Below are positions 35,579 to 45,328 of a DNA stretch of 64,000 bases, in pieces (positions within the stretch are counted from its first letter, which is position 1; every line of letters starts with the position of its first letter). The stretch spans positions 1,178,001 through 1,242,000 of the forward strand of contig NC_079238.1 of NCBI RefSeq assembly GCF_027921745.1, written 5' to 3'. Origin of the DNA: Schizosaccharomyces osmophilus. Its lineage: Eukaryota. The position numbers and the translations under genes are program-made. The notes beneath the pieces are model-generated. The model saw nothing but the letters and a program-made list of their open reading frames with translations. It ran no database searches and had not been told where the DNA came from.

Positions 35579-36123
35579 AATTGGTTTCAATTTTTGGACT
35601 TTAGAAAAGTGTCTAATTAATATTTTCTCACACGAGTTTTTACCAAATATTTGGAAATGGGTTCTCGAGGTATACGATTTCTTATCGAGTTTATTAACCT
35701 GTTATTGCAAAATGCATAAACGAACTCTTTGTATAATTTTTATATTTTGTTTTGGGTAAAAAAATTGGGTACTTGGTTTCATAATACGCCTGATAATAAA
35801 AGTTTTTTATTAATGTATCATTAATTCTTTCACTGCTGGATTGTAAGCATTGTACTTCAGAAGAATAGAGTAATGAAAATAAATTCTTCGTTTTCTTGAT
35901 AATACAAACTAGCATTGGTGTTCACGAAGTCATCAACATTACTTAGCAATAAATCTCAAAGTATATTGAATATGCTTAACTAGTACTAAATTTCACTATA
36001 ACCAAAATTTTGGAAAGCTCTCCTTACTATTAAAGGCTATTTCAAATTCATATCTCTACTATTACTTGAAAATATAGCATAAACGTAGTCATATAACATC
36101 TTTGCAAAATTGCCTTAACCGCG

Positions 36124-37040
36124 ATGAAATATGGCTGTGTGCAATTTAATCCAACAATTGGTAAAATACAAAATAACGTTGAAAAACTGTTTTCGCTCTT
36201 GAAAAAAAACGAAGAGCATCTTCGTTCAGTGGATTTGCTAGTTTTTCCAGAATTGGTTTTGTCAGGTATAACAAAACTCAATGATTCAAAAGACTTGCAT
36301 ATATTGACGCTATAGGCTACAATTTCAAAAACAGCTCTGAGATAGAGCCATTTCTGGAAGATGTCAAAAACGAGAAAAGCCCTAGTTTGTCGTTCGCTAA
36401 AAGTGTAGCTGAGCAGTATCGCTGTTATACTATTATTGGGTTTCCAGAGATTCAAAAATTTGATGATCAAACGTCTTATTATAACAGCACAGCTTTGGTT
36501 TCCCCCCAGGCGAAACTACTGAGGATATATCAAAAGCATTTCCTCTATGACACCGATAAAACTTGGGCAACAGAAGGAAAAGGATTTATGTATGATGATT
36601 CCCTACCAGAATTGGGTCCTATTTCAATGGCTATCTGCATGGATATTAATCCCAAGGACTTCACTGCACCTTTTGAGAAATTTGAATATGCCAATTTCAT
36701 TAAGGACCAAATGATGAAAGAGAGCTCAATATTGAATTCAAAAAAACAAATGCCTCCACTTATTGCTTTAAGTATGGCCTGGTTGCTCTGTGACTCAGAT
36801 TGCTTAACGGTTCCTCAGCCAGATTTAATGAATGTTAAATATTGGGTGGCCAGACTGTCTCCTTTAGTTGACATGGAAAAGGATTGTACTCTTCTAATTG
36901 CTAATCGTTGGGGCCAGGAAAGAGATGTTACATTCGCTGGTTCAAGTTGTATTTTGCGTATTGGGCACGGCAAAGCTGTAGTTCACAGTTTACTAAACGC
37001 AACAGAAGATAATATTGCTTTCGCAGAAATTAATGATTAA
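36124..37040 (+). CDS. nta1: Protein N-terminal amidase (nitrilase superfamily), 2 exons
   Basis: Exons 36124-36265 and 36316-37040. Catalytic triad motifs FPE, YQKHFL and ICMDIN. Confidence 0.92.
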
Positions 37041-37162
37041 AAGGTTTACTAACATACCGTACTCATTGCTATCTTTCTACTGAACTTTTAATGAAGGAAA
37101 ATTATTAAAGTCATATATTCGATCTATACTGTACAAATCCATAATTCACAAGGAAAAAAATA

Positions 37163-40159
37163 TTACATACCAAACAAGAAGGCCAGCTCCTTTGTGTTTA
37201 AGCGTGAAATTTCCCGTAAGCCCTTCTCGCCTAACGCGCTATCAATTAATTCTCTTTTTTTCTCCTGCAAAGCAAGTACTCGCTCTTCCACTGTATTATT
37301 CACTGTAATCTTTAAAACATTAACGGGCTTACTCTGACCGATTCGATGTGCGCGATCAATAGCTTGCTCTTCAATATAAGGATTCCAGAATGGGTCCAAA
37401 ACAAGTACGTGATTAGCACACGTTAAATTTAGTCCAACATTTCCTGCCTTCAATGAAATCAATAGCACGCTGCTGTTTGTATCGGTTTCGAATTGCAAGA
37501 TAGCTTCATTTCGAGCGGTAGGACTTAGTCCACCATGATAGTGTATGAACTGAACGTTATTCTGCTGAAGTGGAACAGTGAACAATTCTAAGAATGAGAC
37601 AAATTGAGAGAACACTAAAATTTTGTCTTGCGGATGTTCTTTTAAGATAGAAGTTATTTCGCCCACGGCTTTGTCAATTTTGGTAGACGTAATCCAGTTG
37701 TAGGGGTTCGTAAAAATATTCATTCCTAGTTCGCGATTCTCCAAAATATTATTATATCCCTGCGGCAATAATTCAGCAAGTCGATCAGTTTTCAATTTAT
37801 TATCCGAGCCTATGATGGGTGTCATTCCAGCAAAACGCCGAAAAAGATTGTAGCTTATAAAGTTATCTGGGACTATGTACTCAAAGCAAATAGTACATTT
37901 TGGGTTTGCTTCTTCCGTAGCATCTCTCTGAGCCGCAACTTCACTAGACGTGATGAGATGACTCAAACACTCACGGCAAACGAAATGGCCACATGGAATA
38001 ATAATTTGAAGATCCAAAACATAGTCTTGGCATACAGAGCATCGCAACATTTCGGTAGTCTTCAAACGATTTAGAGCTTCACCCGAAAGCTTATTATATA
38101 AACTTCTGGCCTCTTTTTGAAAACTATCATTATCATCATCGGTCGTTTGTCTTGCTACCAGTAACCAAGGATGACAACAAGCTTGTCGAAGTCGAAGTAG
38201 CAAGACTAAAATGCTTCCGTAATGAGTTGTGACGGTACCCTCTTGCATATACTTTCTCATTTGAATTTGAGCACCTGCTTGTAAAGCATTATAAAACTCC
38301 ATCTCAGGCTTTGATAAAGCAGATTCTTCCTTTCGCACGGTTTTCGGAGGAAGTGTAAGAATAGGCTTCCCGTCAATTTTCGTAGTCTTTGTTCGGCGAA
38401 GTAAAACAGCCTTGATTAGCCCACGAAAGCGCTTCATAGCTCTGGATGAATCAGATTCTTGGTTTAGTCGACCAGCAAAGTCTCTTGAAAAATGGGACCA
38501 ATCGCAATAAGGTTGGATCCTTAAAAACTTGACCAAACTATAAAATTCTTCTATACCATTTTGCATAGGCGTACCACTGAGACACCATCGAAGGGTAGAT
38601 TGCAGTAAGCAACAACCTCTGGCAGAAAGGGTATTTCTGTTTTTTATTGTCTGAGCTTCATCCAAAACAACGCGATACCAATTGGCTTCGAAAAAAGGTA
38701 GATGTTCAAATTTTTCAATAGGTGCACCTTCCGCTAAACTCTGTTCGTAAGCCATTCGGTGTCGATACTCATAAGCGATCACATTATAAGTAGTTAGGAC
38801 GACGTCGTAATTCGTAAGTTCTTCAGCTGATCTGTGTTTCTTTAATTGACCATGGTGTACGTATATGCTTGGACGCATAGAAGGTTTTATTTTTGCAATG
38901 ATTTCTCTGCGCCATTGTTGGATCAAGGCCACGGGAGCGACAATCAAAGTTGTCTTGGTCTTGGGATCGTTGGAAGGCCTGGATACCAGCAATGCCAGTA
39001 TTTGTACTGTTTTACCCAAACCCATATCGTCAGCAAGGACGCCACCCCTTTTAGTACTTTCTTCCATTTTCTTAAGCCAGGCCAATCCCTCCTTTTGGTG
39101 CTCCATAAGCACAGGCACCAAGCCAGCTGGTGTCCCTTCGCGAGCTTGCGGAAAGCTTTCGAGCTGATCGTCTAAGTCTTTGAAAAGCTCTTTTAGCTGT
39201 TCTTTCTGGGTCAAAGACGTGTGGTCTTGGAAAAGATGGGGTTGATGCAGAACCAAAGGAGGAGGAGGAACACCCCATGGATGCTGGGGCGGAAAAGCTT
39301 GAAACGAAGAAGGATTGGGAAGATCGGGAAAGGAAGTGGAAGAGTCAGAATAGAAGGGTAGCTGATGATGAGGAGCATCCATGCTTACAGAAGCATCGGC
39401 GAGGAGTTGATTAAAGTGAGCTTCGTCTTCATCGTCGGTGAGGGAAATGGGATTTTCATTGGTTCCCCCATCCCACAAGATGGACTGGGGAGCGCTTCCA
39501 GAGGTTCCAGTCCAAGAAGGCTTGACATCAAGCATATGGTCTTTGTTGTCGTTGGAATGCAGCCGTGGGCGTTTGTAGCCGGTTTCAATTACCTCGTTGG
39601 GAATATCGTATGGGGAGGTGGGAACGGCTTGCTTTTCATCCTTCACGACAGGCGTAGATTCAACAATAGATGGTTTCTCGTCTTCTTCAGAGTCACTGAT
39701 GACGATAATTGGATCATCCTTCTCACGTTGCGGTTGTTTTTGCTCATGGGAAGCAGCTGAAGCGTAGGAAGGAAGGGGAGTAGTGCCTTCTTTCTTGATG
39801 TCTTCTCGTTCGCCAAAGGGAAGAGGGTCTACGGGAGGCAAACGCGGAGAAAATGCTGACAATTTTGAATTGGCATCCTTGTCGTCGTGGGAAGGAGAGG
39901 CAAACAGAGGACGAGGATCCATGGGAGGTTGCGATGGGACAGCACGGTCGAGTTGGCGTTTTCGATTCAAAAAAGCAAGTTTTCTCTGGAAATCGAAATC
40001 TTGTAAAGCAGGCGCGTTCCCGTTGGAGAGAGAAGAAAAGGGATTTGGGTTGGATTCTGAATTGGTGGATGAAAAGTGATGTTTGGCATCTTTAAGGCAT
40101 GGAGGGAAATGATTACATAGATTTGGATCCACACAAGAAAAAGCCTTACTTTTTTCCAT
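37163..40159 (-). CDS. rrp2: SNF2-family ATPase with RING finger and SUMO-interacting motifs (Uls1-like)
   Basis: First ATG at 40159. GGVLADDMGLGKT, DEAQ, RING CSVC..CGH..C..C..CTIC, QAIDRAHRIGQ; SIM-like IIVISDSEEDE and PISLTDDEDE. Synteny with SPBC23E6.02 favours rrp2 over rrp1. Confidence 0.9.
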   Translation of the reverse strand: MEKSKAFSCVDPNLCNHFPPCLKDAKHHFSSTNSESNPNPFSSLSNGNAPALQDFDFQRKLAFLNRKRQLDRAVPSQPPMDPRPLFASPSHDDKDANSKLSAFSPRLPPVDPLPFGEREDIKKEGTTPLPSYASAASHEQKQPQREKDDPIIVISDSEEDEKPSIVESTPVVKDEKQAVPTSPYDIPNEVIETGYKRPRLHSNDNKDHMLDVKPSWTGTSGSAPQSILWDGGTNENPISLTDDEDEAHFNQLLADASVSMDAPHHQLPFYSDSSTSFPDLPNPSSFQAFPPQHPWGVPPPPLVLHQPHLFQDHTSLTQKEQLKELFKDLDDQLESFPQAREGTPAGLVPVLMEHQKEGLAWLKKMEESTKRGGVLADDMGLGKTVQILALLVSRPSNDPKTKTTLIVAPVALIQQWRREIIAKIKPSMRPSIYVHHGQLKKHRSAEELTNYDVVLTTYNVIAYEYRHRMAYEQSLAEGAPIEKFEHLPFFEANWYRVVLDEAQTIKNRNTLSARGCCLLQSTLRWCLSGTPMQNGIEEFYSLVKFLRIQPYCDWSHFSRDFAGRLNQESDSSRAMKRFRGLIKAVLLRRTKTTKIDGKPILTLPPKTVRKEESALSKPEMEFYNALQAGAQIQMRKYMQEGTVTTHYGSILVLLLRLRQACCHPWLLVARQTTDDDNDSFQKEARSLYNKLSGEALNRLKTTEMLRCSVCQDYVLDLQIIIPCGHFVCRECLSHLITSSEVAAQRDATEEANPKCTICFEYIVPDNFISYNLFRRFAGMTPIIGSDNKLKTDRLAELLPQGYNNILENRELGMNIFTNPYNWITSTKIDKAVGEITSILKEHPQDKILVFSQFVSFLELFTVPLQQNNVQFIHYHGGLSPTARNEAILQFETDTNSSVLLISLKAGNVGLNLTCANHVLVLDPFWNPYIEEQAIDRAHRIGQSKPVNVLKITVNNTVEERVLALQEKKRELIDSALGEKGLREISRLNTKELAFLFGM

Positions 40160-40466
40160 AAAATTCGAACAAGTTTCAAGAAAACAAAAAAAATTCGAGG
40201 TTTCCGACAATATCCAAGCGCCGGTCTCGTCCTTTGCGGGCTAAGATACGTGAAGGAAGGAAAAATATCGTTGCTAGAGTAGTGTCATATGCTTGTATTG
40301 AGGTTTCCTATAAGGGTAATCGATAGAAGCATATGCTTTTACCGAAAACAAGACATTGAAGCTACTCTAAAAAAAGATTAAGTACGTTTAAAACACGACG
40401 AAACGCAGTAAACCATCATTAACAAGAAAAGAGAAACAATGAATTTTATGCAACAAAATAAAGAAT

Positions 40467-40477
40467 AAAAAAAAGAA
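40467..40477 (-). terminator. RNA polymerase III oligo(dT) terminator of the dimeric tRNA
   Basis: TTCTTTTTTTT immediately 3' of tRNA-iMet; no T run between the two tRNAs. Confidence 0.8.
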
Positions 40478-40549
40478 TTGCGCGGCCAGGTTTCGATCCT
40501 GGGACCTACGGGTTATGAGCCCGTCGGAGTTCCACTCTCCTACCGCGCA
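40478..40549 (-). tRNA. Initiator tRNA-Met (CAT)
   Basis: TGCGCGG..CCGCGCA-A acceptor stem with U1:A72, anticodon stem ending in three G-C pairs with loop CTCATAA, and T-loop ATCGAAA (A54, initiator hallmark). Confidence 0.97.
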
Positions 40550-40558
40550 CATTTATAC

Positions 40559-40656
40559 CGTCAGCAGCAGGATTTGAACCTGCGCGGGCAGAGCCCATTA
40601 GATGCCTCGAATGGTGGAATTCGAGTCTAACTCCTTAACCACTCGGACATACTGAC
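40559..40656 (-). tRNA. tRNA-Ser (CGA) with 16-nt intron
   Basis: GTCAGTA/TGCTGAC acceptor stem; anticodon CGA at 40623-40621; intron 40619-40604 containing TTCGAG, complementary to the anticodon loop; long variable arm GGGCTCTGCCC; GGTTCAAATCC. Confidence 0.97.
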
Positions 40657-42441
40657 TTTTCATATTAGATGCAATATAAAAGCATATTCATAAGGATAAT
40701 TATTTTGTACTGTTAAAAGGAATCGGTACTTTGATCGGTGCTTGAAAAGTGCAAGGTGAAGAGCGCAGTCGGATTATTTAAGCAAGTTGACGTGGTACAG
40801 ATGATTTCCAGACAAAGAAAGAAACAAGAAAAGATTAAAAAAAGGCGCACAAATTCTTGCGATAGTGCGACACTGTCTGTCGCCCAGTGGTTCCTGTTGC
40901 GTAAATTTCGCATTTTTCGTCATAGAAAAAATGGAAGGAGAGAAGGGCTGGACAGTCGATTTAGCTTTGCAGTAGACGTCTGGAAGACAAGCAGGGTAGT
41001 GAAAAAGAAGGAAGGAAAAGAGATTTTGATTCACGTTTGAAAAATGGTTTTCGTCCAGAGTTCTTGCTTTTCCTTTTGCTTAACACTTGGGTTACTTGTA
41101 ATCTCTAAACGAACCCAACTTTCAATGGACATGAATAAGCTCATGAAAAAACGAAGCAACCCCACACGGGGAAAAACCAGTATGCGATTTTATGTAGATA
41201 AATACATGCTTTTGGTTTTTACGAATGTATGAAAAACATATTATGTATTGATTTCCGCAGACAGATCTCCGATCTCTTTCTCACTTTATTCCTTTCTTCC
41301 CTTACCCATACATGCAATCTTCCACTTTGCCTTTTGGAGAATCGGCGCTTAATACAAATTGCTTCTTTTTGGGACATTTCAGAGGAATTTCTTTTACCAT
41401 TAATTGCAAATAATTGGATTTGTAAATCAAAATTAATTTTAACGGGTTTCCTTTAGCTTTTTTCTAGAACCCATCGATTCACTCATCCATTGTAGTCGTC
41501 GTCGTCGTTGTCATCGTCGTCGCATTCTTCAATTCTTTTTCCTGGTTTTCGCTGGTGATTTCGAATTGAAACTTCACTCTCCTTTGCTTTCCATTTCGTT
41601 TTATTATCAAAGCGATAGTGTCTTTTGATTCTTGATATCATTTATCGAGCCCTTCTTGCCGTGGTACCTTACCGTCCTTGCTTACTGATCCAGGTGAATT
41701 CAAATTCGAATTCTTAAAAAGTCTTCCTTTTTTCCTTTTTCCCTTCTTCTTCTTTGACTTCTTTGACTTCCAAGGGGAGACCTTTGTCGCTTTTCTTTTC
41801 CACTTTTTTCCTTGTTCTTGTGAGCACTCGCTCAACGTACCAGCCCATTCCTCTCTCTCCCACTACTTGCAACACTTTGTTGGGCTTCTTGATAGAGATC
41901 GCAAGAGGATCATTACGGCCAGTTTCTTGACCTTGAATTTCAACGAAACCCTCTTTCGCTGGTGGAATTGATTGTTCTCTTTTCTTTGTTTTTTATTTTT
42001 ATTTTTATTTTTTATTTGTTTGTTTTGAAGGTTTTGCAATTGCCGAACGAGGATTCTTTTTTTTTTTTACGTTGCATTTCCAATTTACCAAGCCACCCAG
42101 AAGGAATTACCATTTAATTTTATTTTTTTCCTTCAAGACTTCTTTATTGACTTACTAGCTTTTCTTGTTGCTTTCCAAGTGACCGATTTTGTTGACTTGT
42201 ACGTTCCACTTGAAAGACCTCTTGTCGGCTTGTATAATTTTCCGTTTCCTTGGTTCAAAACTTCTTTTATTGGTTCTACTAGTTCCACGCTTGTTGTATT
42301 CTCTATACTTGCTACTGATCCCTCCTTCTATCCCTTTGCTTAGGCCTATTTCTCTTCACTGAATTTTTTCCTTTCTGTGATATTTTTTAATCTTAAACTT
42401 TCTTCTCTTGTTACTGGTTTCCTGTATTGAATTTCTCTTAG

Positions 42442-43881
42442 ATGACTTCCGTCCAATCTGAACAAGGATCGGTCCCCGAACCCAGCTTTGAGAATCCTTC
42501 CACGACTCCTCGCATACAAGACAGTCCAAGTCCTACTATGAAGCGCACTCCACAGGATCTGTCCACTAAGCCCGAAAATGGGTTCTTTGACCGCGAACCC
42601 TCGTTCGAGCCCTTCGGCGACAATGATCCTTCTTCCTTGGATGGTCCCTCCGAAGACAATATTTCCTCCATTCCCGTCATCAGCGAGCCCGCGTCCCATG
42701 AAAAAACAACCCTCTGGATGGGCGAATTGGAGCCTTGGCTCAATGAAATGTTTATCCAACAAACTTGGGCCTCTCTTGGACACAACGTCATTATCAAGCT
42801 GATTCAGAATAAATTCACCGGCCTAAATTCCGGTTACTGCTTCATTGACTTTAGTACACATGAAGAAGCCAAAGCCGCCATGGAGTATAATGGCAAACCC
42901 CTTCCCGGCACCAATCGGTTGTTCAAACTGAACTGGGCTTCTGGAGGAGGCATTGGCGGTCGTTCTTCTTCCAAAACTCCAGAGTATTCTCTTTTTGTCG
43001 GTGACTTGTCTCCCGTCGTTACAGAACGCATGTTGTTTTCCTTGTTTGCCTCCGAGTATCCTTCCTGTAAATCCGTCAAAATCATGACGGATCCTAGCAC
43101 CCGCAATTCTCGAGGATACGGCTTTGTCCGGTTCACCGACGAAACCGAGCAAAAGAGCGCGCTCACCGAAATGCAGGGAAAGATTTGTGGAGATCGACCC
43201 ATTCGAGTCGGAATCGCCACTCCAAAATCCAAGGCCCAAGTCATCAGTCCCGTTGGATTAATGCCCCTTAATCTTCAGCCCATGGGTTTTTACAATCCTT
43301 CGCAGTCTATGCCGCACCCCATGCCCCAGCCCGTCCCCCAATACCCTGATGCTACCAACTCTACTGTTTTTGTAGGCAGCCTTTCCAAAAATGTCTCCGA
43401 AAATGACCTTCATGCGCTGTTTCAGAACTTTGGTGATATCACGTATGTGAAAATTCCTCCAGGAAAAGGTTGCGGCTTTGTGCAGTTTGTGAGCCATCAG
43501 TCAGCAGAGCTGGCCATAGCCCAGTTGCAAGGATATCCCCTAGGTAATTCTCGCATCCGTCTCTCTTGGGGAAGAAACCAAAATTCATCGCTCAATCCTC
43601 CTCCCGTGGTAGCTTATCATTCACAGGTTTCACCCGCTTCCGTGCCTGCTGCTCCGCTTTTCCCTACCGTTGGAATGCCTGCCCAGGCTCCGTTCAGTCC
43701 TTATGCTGCAATGACCTCTTCCCCATTACCGATGCCAGCTGTCGCTCCTATGAATTTGGAAGTCCCCATGCAATCTTCCAGTTATCTTCCTGAACAGGCA
43801 TACGCCCCAAGTCCGTCAAATCCCATGTCCCCCGGCGCCGTTACACCTATCGACGACTCTTTTCCAGCTATGAGACAATAA
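42442..43881 (+). CDS. cxr1: Three-RRM RNA-binding protein of the Nam8/Ngr1/Csx1 family
   Basis: TTLWMGELEPW, FKLNWASG, YSLFVGDL..SRGYGFVRF and NSTVFVG..GKGCGFVQF..RIRLSWGR. Syntenic with SPBC23E6.01c. Confidence 0.9.
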   Translation: MTSVQSEQGSVPEPSFENPSTTPRIQDSPSPTMKRTPQDLSTKPENGFFDREPSFEPFGDNDPSSLDGPSEDNISSIPVISEPASHEKTTLWMGELEPWLNEMFIQQTWASLGHNVIIKLIQNKFTGLNSGYCFIDFSTHEEAKAAMEYNGKPLPGTNRLFKLNWASGGGIGGRSSSKTPEYSLFVGDLSPVVTERMLFSLFASEYPSCKSVKIMTDPSTRNSRGYGFVRFTDETEQKSALTEMQGKICGDRPIRVGIATPKSKAQVISPVGLMPLNLQPMGFYNPSQSMPHPMPQPVPQYPDATNSTVFVGSLSKNVSENDLHALFQNFGDITYVKIPPGKGCGFVQFVSHQSAELAIAQLQGYPLGNSRIRLSWGRNQNSSLNPPPVVAYHSQVSPASVPAAPLFPTVGMPAQAPFSPYAAMTSSPLPMPAVAPMNLEVPMQSSSYLPEQAYAPSPSNPMSPGAVTPIDDSFPAMRQ

Positions 43882-45328
43882 TACGAAGGCAAGCGACTCT
43901 TTCCAATCATGTTCATAATTTATATTATTGGTTCTTTTTTAATTATTTGCTTCTTATTCTATTGCTTTAATTCGTCCAACCTGGTGGCATGTTTTTCAAA
44001 CTTTTATTGGATTTCGTACTGCACAAAAAGGCAATTCTCCAAATCTACTCACATGCAGTAGTAGCAAATGAGAAAAAAAAGCTAAATGTTTGAGAAAATG
44101 GTGTCGAACATTTCGTTTCCCAAAGGCTAAGAATTGGAATTTTCCCGTGTATTCACTTCCGTAATTGTAGGAAAAGTGAAAAGGACTCACCAATCATCAA
44201 TGTGCTTCCCGAAGACCTTTTACTGAGAATCTTTTGCCGTGAATCAGGTATGGTTTATATCTACTTCGAATAATATGTTTCTATACTAGCTTGTGTTAGC
44301 GTAGAAATATGTACTCATTGTTCTCCCTTCTATTCAACAGGAGTTTCCTCTATTGTATTTAATCGTCACAGACATCGGCATTTGGAAGACGGTAATCATC
44401 ATTTTTGGTTTTAAAGAACACAGACTTATTGGCAGTTGATGATTCTATTTTCCAAGTGGTCTGTTACTATGCTTTCCGTAAGTGAACTTTTGCATCTTGC
44501 TCAGGAAGGCATGGTTCTTGGTAAACAAAATCGAAACCTTGTTGAGATCACCCATGCGAATTTTTTTGGTCATGAGTTTACGATTCTTAATCCTCAGATA
44601 TTGCTGCAGAATTATTTTTTGATAGTGATGGTTTCTACAATTCCTTTTCTCATAAAGGAAAGCGTAAGCAGCTACCTGTACCTTGTCCGGCTTAAGTTTG
44701 ATAATATGTGTGATGAACCAACTTTTATATTTTTTTTTTTTAGTTCGACAAATTCAAGTATTTCATTCGAACTTGATAACACTTTAGTTGTACGTTAAAT
44801 TCATTTTTGGCCTATTTCCTTTATACATGACATTTGTGTTTGTAAATACTATGAAGATATCTAGGTAGCATCATTAGAGTAGTTGTACTGCGTTATTGTT
44901 ACTTATATATCTTACTCGGGTCTTCCTTTGGAACTAGCACTCAGCTTCAAGGCAGCAGAAATCACCAGTATCTATCATATTCATGCATTATTCTTATAGT
45001 AGGAGTCTAATTTGAACTATATCATCTCCTTCTATAAAATCTGAAAGCTACCAACATATATTAATTGTTTCGGTCCTTGAAGACTTCAATTTCATTCCTA
45101 GTGATGCGATCCCTAAATTATTTATGCTTGTCTAATTAATTTATGAAATACTTGTTGTTTTTGAGGTTTCAAGTCTCTTTTTTTAGTGTTTAATTTGGAA
45201 AACTTAATGATACAAGTTCGACCGTAATAAATTTGTGCATTAATCGCGATCTCATTTCTGACTTCACTTTTCTTTTGATTTATTTTTGTAACACTTTCCC
45301 GCTTAGAAAGTACTCCGTTTACCCGAAT

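Noticed and set aside
41089..41097. Single GGGTTACTT telomere-like unit
   Set aside because: One 9-mer in 64 kb is compatible with chance; no tandem copies.
44709..44715. Box C-like GTGATGA between cxr1 and git1
   Set aside because: No box D or guide within snoRNA distance.
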